Source: a virus
Strand: one strand, 5' to 3'
Length of the DNA stretch: 64,000 nucleotides
Virus record (IMG/VR): IMGVR_UViG_3300022221_000006
Location: 1 to 64,000 of that record
Shown here: piece after piece, positions 38,101-44,581 of the stretch
Layout: each line of letters starts with the position of its first letter
Position numbering within the stretch: position 1 is the stretch's first letter
The notes under the pieces: model-generated
What the model was told of the DNA's origin: nothing
Databases searched by the model: none
What the model saw: only the letters and a program-made list of their open reading frames with translations
Program-made: the position numbers and the translations under genes

Positions 38101-40816
38101 TGGATTACACATGTATGTGTCAAATAATGATGGTAGCATTTTTGAGTATGATCTGTCGGAACCTTTTGATGTTTCGTCTGCAACTTATACATCGAGAACT
38201 ATTAGATTCGCAACGACACTAGGAACGTCTCAATACACATCATTAGCCTTATCTCCTGATGGTAGTAAAATATTTGGAAACAATGCCAGTACTAAGAAAA
38301 TACACTCCTTTAGTTTTGGTACTAACTTTGATATCTCAACTCTTACAGAAGATGCAGGCTCTCTTAGTGTGCTTACCCAATTCGGAGCGAATGGCTTTAT
38401 TAACTATGTAATAAATAGTACAGGAACACGTGTATTTGCCCTCCATACATTGTCACCTTTCCGAATACATCAATACAATCTGAGTACTCCTTGGGATCTT
38501 TCAACAGGCGTTTACGCAGCTACTTATATAAGTGCTGTTACAAATACTACACAAGGTCTTGCGATTTCTAGTGACGACACTAAGTTATATGTCGGTGACA
38601 ATACGACCAAGACTATTTTAGAGCTTTCAATATCAGCTTCGGGAGATGTCACTACATGTTCTCTCACAGGTGCCGCTACTGATTTCTCGGATACAAATGT
38701 ATATGTTGTTGATTTTACATTTGCAAATGAAACACTGATTGTATGTGGTGCTGCTATCCCCTATTTTATATATCAGTATGCAAGTAGCATTGAGTGGGCG
38801 ACAGAAGACCCTGGTACTGAAGGTTCTTCGTGGATCACTGAAGCATCTTTCTCAAGGATGGGTAGCTATGGAATAAATACTAATACGCCTGCTTATTTAG
38901 CGCCTGTCTTAGCGCATAGTCCTGGTACGCAGGTAACGAAGCAGAGAGTCTATCAGTGGTCAACAGTAGCGCCTACTTTCCTTCCAAATGCCCAGACTAC
39001 TTATAACTGGCTGAATGGTACACAGGGAAATGCGACGAACATGGGCTCATGGACGTTGGGTGTCACAGCCAGTCCAGGAGGCGTCGGTATTAGATTATGG
39101 GTTGCTGAGATTTCTACATCAGCCCCGAATGGCACAGTCTCTACCACTCTCGCGTGGGATACAGGAAATCCAAATATATACGCAGGTGACATTACAAACT
39201 TACCCGATGGTAAGACACAGGTAGTATCTATTTACCGATGGGATACAGCTATTCCTACTATTGTAGGTTCCAGTACCTATACCTGGGAAACGGATATCCT
39301 TTCTGTAATTCCAACAGGCTGGTCAGATACGATACCTGCCACTGTTTCAGGCTATACACTATATGAAGCTCGTATTACACTTGTTGACATAAAAGAGGCT
39401 GTCACAACGTCTGTTGATTGGTCTGCTGCTAAACGTCTTGCAATCAACTATGCTGGTGGTGAAGGTATTAATGCTCGCCGCGCCTACGTGTCCACCGTTC
39501 AAATAAATTCAGATGAGTCATTAGTTCTGAGTTCCGGTACAGGCTCCCTACCAGATTCTGAGGCCTGGGATTTCACCGGTGTTACTTGGAGCGATACGTT
39601 ACCTACAGCAGGCGCTGGTGAAGTTGTTTACCAATCCGATGGAATGTACGATGAGAATACCACTAATGTGACATGGTCTCCCCCTTATGTTGCTGCTTTT
39701 AAAGTAGGTGATCTTAGTGCAATATCTGCTTCGATGGGTACCCTGAATGTAACTTCATCACTCACGATGCAAAATTCGGGTGTCATTAAGTCGGAAGATG
39801 CTACTTCTCTAGTTGCAGGCGCAGGTCTTTGGATGAGCGGTGGAACAAGTGCACAGTCTGAGTTTAGAGTAGGGGACCCAGCTGCTAGCAACTACTTAGC
39901 TTGGTCTCCTGCTCTAGGTGTGCAGGCAAGAGGTGCTGGACTCTCCATAAATGGAGCAGCCGGAGCGATATCTCTCAATGATGAAACCTTTGGAAATAAG
40001 GGGGTACAGCTTGAGTATAATGTAGGATCTCCTCGGATATATATCGGAAATGGCGAGGGTAGTTCTATCAGTTATGAAAATAATGCATTGACACTCGGCG
40101 CTGGCGTGCATATAGATGGCGCAGATTCCATATCAGCTGTTTCCAACTTCTATCGCTCACACGATTGCACTGACACTGTTGGTTGGGGTACTTTCTTAGG
40201 TGGACCGACTCTGACCCAGTTTGACTATGGTTGGAGAGTCACTATACCAAATACTGACACCGCAGAGTTCTGGGTCTACAACACGAGGCTTTTTCTAAAT
40301 AATACTGCACAATGGGGTAGTGACAGAAAAGTCTACTTTGATATAAGCCTCGCGCCTACTCCTACAGAACCTAATCTTCGAATGGAGATTGGCATGGGAT
40401 ATATGCGGACGAATGTCGTATATAGAAACGGAGTGTGGTTTTCCATAATCTATGATGATACCTCACCGATAGCGGTGCGAGGTGTGTGCTATAGATGGGG
40501 TGTTCCTACTTACACAGCAGCTATGCCTTTTGATATCATGGATCCATCGCGCAGTGATCGCATTCAATTTTTCATAGACTACAAGCCCTCGATCAACGTC
40601 TGCGACTTCTACATAAATGGTATCTATCAAGATTCTCTCCCAATGGGTAGCGGAGATAGACCTACTACTGAAAATAGCAGCGAGACATACATGGCCGGTC
40701 TTCGGACTTACAATGCAGGAACACTTACAGGACTTCTGAATCGAAATTTCTTCATTACCCAAATTAAATGGTGGGTTGCACTTACTGGAGGAGCTTTTGC
40801 TGGGTACCCTCGTTAA
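35153..40816 (+). CDS. tail tip / central fibre (gpJ-like host specificity protein)
   Basis: VYGR.K.GG, SNNPV..LLDYL...YG, LEPGDVI, FnIII-like and beta-propeller-like repeats, LSAISA.MG. Confidence 0.85.
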   Translation: MSVIAAVVGLSAYIGGATILTAVMLGASIKYQQYKQQKALDAMEAAADEAKGFEVVTEGEIDSVKLVYGRAKIGGTRVLHRLKSNYVYAAPALGGEVFVTEGDTRLASSVDSVPVLGTIKVISNTTSFNGAVDGTWDSDNETITQLTVSSEISRSSPTGPFTVTTEVGKAAIFGSAYVAVKIGHTPFDTYGDWSVEEGNAEEPIATVFNYRVDSYNNTTGLLTLKFHSATNPEYLSGTRTASLSANKNGSKNEFLFINQVICHKGISAVHSIDIDGRDFRHPDFGASGRIHVYRDGGIGDPMLNANITGQAASLFPETAYASMVFKLNRDEPQYRGIPEVVFYVDGFELSRIDESLGVYTKSSTKYSSNNPVYVLLDYLTAEYGRNLDISKIDLASFHAAAQLCEKQVDAGSLEDIDINGALWNEKVKTTGTRNIKLYECNLVLDTADDFRSNVNKILGSIPEAHFMWSDGTYKISLKYPEVWSAGTWPAGSIVQYETGGVIDLYRSTVSTIEVPGAGVEWETGPDPQLVSAYLTDDDIILENEITMSWPDLSSRLNYCTITFVNESKDFEKDTVSWPNRYGPGLTTVYDTYLAEDNGIELETSKSPHGITTEYHATAYAEMIVRKSRHAHVLGMTVTNEFMYLEPGDVIHLNSTELKVPSEIYLIDSLKVSAQGNIDIQLTKFDARILAWNAKDMEVVSKRSIYSGDLPQVTGLAYTPPAPGKATLTGGNLTWDPSTYKTALKYNAYIAGGPADIQDFNTVWEFLGSSTSNSLTMPPFTPGRYTLTVVAEALSGKVPPVYNLTTGSRWPLLTVDIADSLLGGNQFALTLYKYSTTDLTGTSVEGGSFDFTNHVTTPPVGYYVSEGVARENATDPLQPGDLYVSTAVASVNHPATIDISLAWTALELFDPKTTQKTIKFYARVPAAEPNPSAPSGGSYLFPEGPVTPPSSALASGSYTGKSFSVATQINGSPTDLASAIISVDGLHMYVSNNDGSIFEYDLSEPFDVSSATYTSRTIRFATTLGTSQYTSLALSPDGSKIFGNNASTKKIHSFSFGTNFDISTLTEDAGSLSVLTQFGANGFINYVINSTGTRVFALHTLSPFRIHQYNLSTPWDLSTGVYAATYISAVTNTTQGLAISSDDTKLYVGDNTTKTILELSISASGDVTTCSLTGAATDFSDTNVYVVDFTFANETLIVCGAAIPYFIYQYASSIEWATEDPGTEGSSWITEASFSRMGSYGINTNTPAYLAPVLAHSPGTQVTKQRVYQWSTVAPTFLPNAQTTYNWLNGTQGNATNMGSWTLGVTASPGGVGIRLWVAEISTSAPNGTVSTTLAWDTGNPNIYAGDITNLPDGKTQVVSIYRWDTAIPTIVGSSTYTWETDILSVIPTGWSDTIPATVSGYTLYEARITLVDIKEAVTTSVDWSAAKRLAINYAGGEGINARRAYVSTVQINSDESLVLSSGTGSLPDSEAWDFTGVTWSDTLPTAGAGEVVYQSDGMYDENTTNVTWSPPYVAAFKVGDLSAISASMGTLNVTSSLTMQNSGVIKSEDATSLVAGAGLWMSGGTSAQSEFRVGDPAASNYLAWSPALGVQARGAGLSINGAAGAISLNDETFGNKGVQLEYNVGSPRIYIGNGEGSSISYENNALTLGAGVHIDGADSISAVSNFYRSHDCTDTVGWGTFLGGPTLTQFDYGWRVTIPNTDTAEFWVYNTRLFLNNTAQWGSDRKVYFDISLAPTPTEPNLRMEIGMGYMRTNVVYRNGVWFSIIYDDTSPIAVRGVCYRWGVPTYTAAMPFDIMDPSRSDRIQFFIDYKPSINVCDFYINGIYQDSLPMGSGDRPTTENSSETYMAGLRTYNAGTLTGLLNRNFFITQIKWWVALTGGAFAGYPR

Positions 40817-40820
40817 CAAT

Positions 40821-40862
40821 TGCGCCATATGTGGTATCTTATATGAATAGGAATAATCCTAT
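40821..40862 (+). promoter_or_regulatory. putative phage-RNAP early promoter (class E), copy 1
   Basis: TGCGC-N7-GGTATCTTATATGAATAGGAATAATCCTAT; the 30-mer is identical at 42949 and 43365. Confidence 0.75.
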
Positions 40863-40884
40863 TATAATAATCAGGAGATACTCG

Positions 40885-41169
40885 ATGAAATATTTAATTA
40901 TAATAATAGCTCTACTAACAACCCCCGCGTTTGCCTGTAATTCTCATGATACTAATGGGTATATATGGATTGGGGCTGGACTTCATGACAGTCCACACGA
41001 TGTAGCATTTGGAAAAGAGATAGCAGAGTGGGGTGTGAGCTTCAATTTACACCAGATCAGTCCTATCAACAGCCTCCGTTTCATCCTTAAGCACGATTCA
41101 GGGATATGGACGAGGGAGAGAGACTATGGCTACAACACTGCAACCTTCAGGCTACAAGCTAACTTCTAA
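40885..41169 (+). CDS. small secreted beta-strand protein, putative outer-membrane protein
   Basis: GGAG RBS, signal peptide MKYLIIIIALLTTPAFA, H-x-S...G-x-N segment, C-terminal Phe. Confidence 0.65.
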   Translation: MKYLIIIIALLTTPAFACNSHDTNGYIWIGAGLHDSPHDVAFGKEIAEWGVSFNLHQISPINSLRFILKHDSGIWTRERDYGYNTATFRLQANF

Positions 41170-41717
41170 TGAAACTTTCAGAAATATCACGTAAAAAGTC
41201 ACTGGCACGGATCGTCAGTGGCTTCATGAACATGGATGTTCCCGTAAAGGAGCGTATAGAGTCTCTTGAGAGATACCTATGCACTCTCCCTCAACAAGAA
41301 GCACCAGTTGAAGAACTCTGGGGCAAAGATGTATATGTTCGGGAACTTATAATCCCTGCAGGTTCTTTTGTAATAGGGCGTATTCACAAATATGATCATG
41401 TAAGTATTATGATCGAAGGCGAACTTTTAATGTGGACAGAATTCGACGAGACAATACACTTAAGTGGCTACAATAAAGTCATTGCAAAAGCAGGTATTAA
41501 ACGAGTCGGTTATGTTCTACAAGAAACGAAATGGATTACCGCTCACGGTGTCACCGAGACAGACAACTTTAAAAACCCCGTCGAGGCTTTAACCGTTGCA
41601 ACATATGGAGAGTATAGCACATTCAAGGATGCTGAGATGGTATGCATCGAGGGCAACTCCATAGAACAAAACCTGAGTCTGCCGGTGTCAAAATCGGTCT
41701 CCAGAACGCCAGACTAG
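41169..41717 (+). CDS. cupin-fold protein
   Basis: YVREL.IPAG...GRIHKYDH.....G; AG.KR.GY....W.T.H. Confidence 0.7.
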   Translation: MKLSEISRKKSLARIVSGFMNMDVPVKERIESLERYLCTLPQQEAPVEELWGKDVYVRELIIPAGSFVIGRIHKYDHVSIMIEGELLMWTEFDETIHLSGYNKVIAKAGIKRVGYVLQETKWITAHGVTETDNFKNPVEALTVATYGEYSTFKDAEMVCIEGNSIEQNLSLPVSKSVSRTPD

Positions 41718-41842
41718 CACCACGATCTCAGGGTCACCCTTATGGGAGTGTGCCTGAAAAAACGACAGCAGAGACGGCCAGTCTGGAAGCCGTCCTCAAA
41801 AAATCCTTTAGAATCAAGGGGTTAGGGCGGTCGTCACCTCAG

Positions 41843-41863
41843 ACCCCGTTAAATTATCCCTGT
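41843..41863 (+). promoter_or_regulatory. putative late promoter (class L), upstream of lysis genes
   Basis: ACCCCGTTAAATTATCCCTGT, 20/21 identical to the 20626 copy. Confidence 0.7.
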
Positions 41864-42028
41864 AGGCTCCCCCGTAATGTAGTATTTATAACTCCCTATC
41901 ACCACTGTTGTAAATCTATAACAATAAAGGATTAAAGAATAGAATAAGGATATCCCCTCAAGACCTTCTCTAAAGAGGTCACTCAATAGTCCCTAGGGCT
42001 AACTAAAATATAAATAAAGAGGTATATC

Positions 42029-42565
42029 ATGGTTCCAATTGTAGCAGGTCTTCTAAAAGGAGGACTCTCGCTTGTCGCAAATGCATTTCTTGCAAAAGGT
42101 AAGGAATGGGTCGAAGAGAAAGCGGGTATCACTCTCGATCCTAAAGAACCACTCTCAGAAGAGCAGTTGGTTGCTCTACGAAAGTTTGAGATGGATAATG
42201 AAGTGGAATTGCGTAAGCTACAAATTGAAGATAATCGTCTCGCAAAAGAAATCGACGAGATGTATCTAAAAGACACTCAGAGCGCACGTCAAATGCAGAT
42301 GACGGCGTTAGAACAAGACGACGTATTCGCTAAGCGTTTCGTTTATTACTTTGCATCTTTTTGGTCACTAGGCGCTGCTATATACATTGCAGCTATAACT
42401 TTTATGGCAATCCCAGAGGCAAATACTCGCTTTGCTGACACAATATTGGGCTTTCTCTTGGGTACAATTGTCGCCCAGATCATCTCATACTTCTATGGTT
42501 CTAGCAAATCATCACAGAATAAGGATAAACTGAAAGATGAGATGCTGAAGAAGGTATTGAAATGA
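42029..42565 (+). CDS. holin (GTA 3-TM holin-like)
   Basis: D..SAR.MQ, two C-terminal TM segments, YFYGSS; adjacent to endolysin. Confidence 0.75.
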   Translation: MVPIVAGLLKGGLSLVANAFLAKGKEWVEEKAGITLDPKEPLSEEQLVALRKFEMDNEVELRKLQIEDNRLAKEIDEMYLKDTQSARQMQMTALEQDDVFAKRFVYYFASFWSLGAAIYIAAITFMAIPEANTRFADTILGFLLGTIVAQIISYFYGSSKSSQNKDKLKDEMLKKVLK

Positions 42566-42891
42566 GGCTTGGTCAACACCAGGAAGCATTTTTCAGAGAC
42601 CTCCTCAAACTGGGTATCCACGCATTATCCCTGGGATATGAGATACGTGGCGGCGAATTACAACGCCCAATAGAGATGCAAGAGCTCTATATTAAGATGG
42701 GACGCTCTAAGACGATGCGGAGTGAGCATCTCAACAAGTGTGCGATAGATCTTTATTTCACGAAGAAAGGTAAGCTTGTGTATCCCGAGGAACTCGGACG
42801 ATACTGGGAGAGCCTTGACACTCGAAATTCAGCAGGGATGTTCTGGAAGTCTTTCAAAGACGGACCTCATTATCAACGTTCAACCCGATAG
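42562..42891 (+). CDS. endolysin, M15-family peptidase (L-Ala-D-Glu peptidase-like)
   Basis: R...Q..., SEH....AIDL, DGPHYQ zinc-peptidase motifs. Confidence 0.85.
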   Translation: MRLGQHQEAFFRDLLKLGIHALSLGYEIRGGELQRPIEMQELYIKMGRSKTMRSEHLNKCAIDLYFTKKGKLVYPEELGRYWESLDTRNSAGMFWKSFKDGPHYQRSTR

Positions 42892-42899
42892 TACCGATG

Positions 42900-42931
42900 A
42901 CCCCTTATGTTCTTAGGAATATAGGGGGTTT
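42900..42931 (+). terminator. terminator at the end of the late/lysis unit
   Basis: ACCCCTTATGTTC-TTAG-GAATATAGGGGGT-TT. Confidence 0.65.
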
Positions 42932-42936
42932 AAAAC

Positions 42937-42978
42937 TGCGCAAAAATGGGTATCTTATATGAATAGGAATAATCCTAT
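42937..42978 (+). promoter_or_regulatory. putative early promoter (class E), copy 2
   Basis: TGCGC-N7-GGTATCTTATATGAATAGGAATAATCCTAT, then CACAACAA..GAGGT RBS. Confidence 0.75.
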
Positions 42979-42999
42979 CACAACAACTGAGGTAATATT

Positions 43000-43311
43000 A
43001 TGAACAAGCAATTTGCAGAAATGATCGAAAAAAGTCTTTCAGGTTTTAGTAAGTACGGTTTGGAGGCGTTGGCAAAACGTAAGCTGACGGCTTCGGATAT
43101 CCTTGCGAGAGCTACAAAACGGGTTGTCTCACGGGAAGATGAAGAGTATTACGTTCTTGTACGTAGTCCTACGAACGACCAGATAAAAGCCCGTATTACT
43201 GACCGCACACGGGTAGGTGATTTGGAAGGTATAATCGATGGTCTGCTGGACCGACTTAATGACAGTATGGAAACTGACATCCACGGCAAGAAGCCAAAAG
43301 CTAAAGCCTAG
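43000..43311 (+). CDS. putative early protein, hypothetical
   Basis: GAGGT RBS directly after a class E motif. Confidence 0.7.
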   Translation: MNKQFAEMIEKSLSGFSKYGLEALAKRKLTASDILARATKRVVSREDEEYYVLVRSPTNDQIKARITDRTRVGDLEGIIDGLLDRLNDSMETDIHGKKPKAKA

Positions 43312-43352
43312 TAATTGCTCTACTGTACGGGGTGTAAAAACCCCGTATGAAC

Positions 43353-43394
43353 TGCGCAAAAACAGGTATCTTATATGAATAGGAATAATCCTAT
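43353..43394 (+). promoter_or_regulatory. putative early promoter (class E), copy 3
   Basis: same motif, preceded by hairpin TACGGGG...CCCCGTA. Confidence 0.75.
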
Positions 43395-43415
43395 CACAAC
43401 AAACGAGGTAACACT

Positions 43416-43706
43416 ATGAAAAATCAAGAAGTATTAAAGAAAATCCCAGAAGCCATCCTTTGGTATTTAAAGACAATGCTCGTAAATATGCTGATGCTTT
43501 TATGCGGAATCTTTCTTGTGTATGAAATTCAGCTTTTGATCCTCTATCCGATCTTAATTGCACAAGCTTTTATGTATGCTGCTTTCTTCGCAGCTATAAT
43601 GACTGCTGGTCAATATATAGCTGCTAGTGTATATGAGTGGGTCAGCCGCTGTAAATATGATCGTGAGCATGGTATCATCAACGGCAAATGCCAGGCGGCT
43701 GTCTAA
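43416..43706 (+). CDS. putative early membrane protein
   Basis: GAGGT RBS, two TM segments. Confidence 0.65.
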   Translation: MKNQEVLKKIPEAILWYLKTMLVNMLMLLCGIFLVYEIQLLILYPILIAQAFMYAAFFAAIMTAGQYIAASVYEWVSRCKYDREHGIINGKCQAAV

Positions 43707-43873
43707 TGTTTAGTCTAGCAACGATCGCATTGATAGTGAGCGGTATAAGTCTTATCACATCAGTCTTTGTAGTCCCTTATGTGATTGTTTCTTTCTTTAT
43801 TAAGCTTGTACTTATTGCCATGGTCTTCGGGCTGGTGATGTATGCTATTAAGAGAGCTTTCGCAAACAGGTAA
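43706..43873 (+). CDS. small membrane protein
   Basis: TAATG overlap, highly hydrophobic 55 aa. Confidence 0.55.
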   Translation: MFSLATIALIVSGISLITSVFVVPYVIVSFFIKLVLIAMVFGLVMYAIKRAFANR

Positions 43874-43904
43874 TCAACAAATCTTTTTTCGAAGGAGGAA
43901 AGGT

Positions 43905-44309
43905 ATGTCATCAACAATTGTAGCAATCCCAGGGTACTTCTGTATAAGTGATAAATATCCAACATCTCTGGGAAATATCAACTTGAGCTTCGAACACTAT
44001 GCAGAAGGTGTTCAGCGGCTCGATTTAGCAGGGCTTGAACCTGTAGAAGTGACGTCGATTTGGAATCATGAAAAGAAACCAATGAGACGCCGGTGGGGTG
44101 GATTTGTATTCAACCTTCAAGTCTTTGGTGTGATTGATACAAAGGCGAAATCAAAAGAGAAACCTGCGTCAAAACAGGGGAATCAAAAGACGGAACAAAC
44201 GAAAACAACAAAAGGGTCTCTTATCCCATTCTTTGTGGAAAAAAGAATATATGATTATATCGTACAACAAACCAACTATGCGAGACCTGCGGATGTAATA
44301 AGATTATAG
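43905..44309 (+). CDS. hypothetical protein
   Basis: AGGAGG RBS before ATG 43905. Confidence 0.65.
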   Translation: MSSTIVAIPGYFCISDKYPTSLGNINLSFEHYAEGVQRLDLAGLEPVEVTSIWNHEKKPMRRRWGGFVFNLQVFGVIDTKAKSKEKPASKQGNQKTEQTKTTKGSLIPFFVEKRIYDYIVQQTNYARPADVIRL

Positions 44310-44366
44310 CTGCTACCCCATATGACACCTTCGGGTGTTGTATGGGGGCGTGTAGCTTTATTTTTT
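44308..44366 (+). terminator. rho-independent terminator
   Basis: CCCCATATGACACC-TTCG-GGTGTTGTATGGGG...TTTATTTTTT. Confidence 0.75.
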
Positions 44367-44380
44367 CTTCCGGAGGAACA

Positions 44381-44515
44381 ATGGCTTCAACAAAGCTCAA
44401 AATCGTTCACTATGTTTTAATATTTAGTGTATTAGCCTTATTTTCAAAGCTGCGCCCTGAGACAATGCTTGTCGGTGCAATCGCGATCTACCTCTATCAG
44501 AAGGTAACTTCATGA
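44381..44515 (+). CDS. small membrane protein (44 aa, not in ORF track)
   Basis: GGAGG RBS; MASTKLKIVHYVLIFSVLALF... Confidence 0.5.
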   Translation: MASTKLKIVHYVLIFSVLALFSKLRPETMLVGAIAIYLYQKVTS

Positions 44516-44581
44516 TAAAATTTATAGTGGGTCTATATTTGATATCGTTAATCCCAAAGGTTATTGAGAAAATTGAAAGCT

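Noticed and set aside
41642-41935. 97-aa ORF
   Set aside because: Overlaps the cupin gene and the class L motif, has no clear RBS and an atypical composition
42937-43394. 30-bp identical repeats as a CRISPR array
   Set aside because: Copies are separated by whole genes (0.4-2 kb), each precedes an RBS, and there are no cas genes
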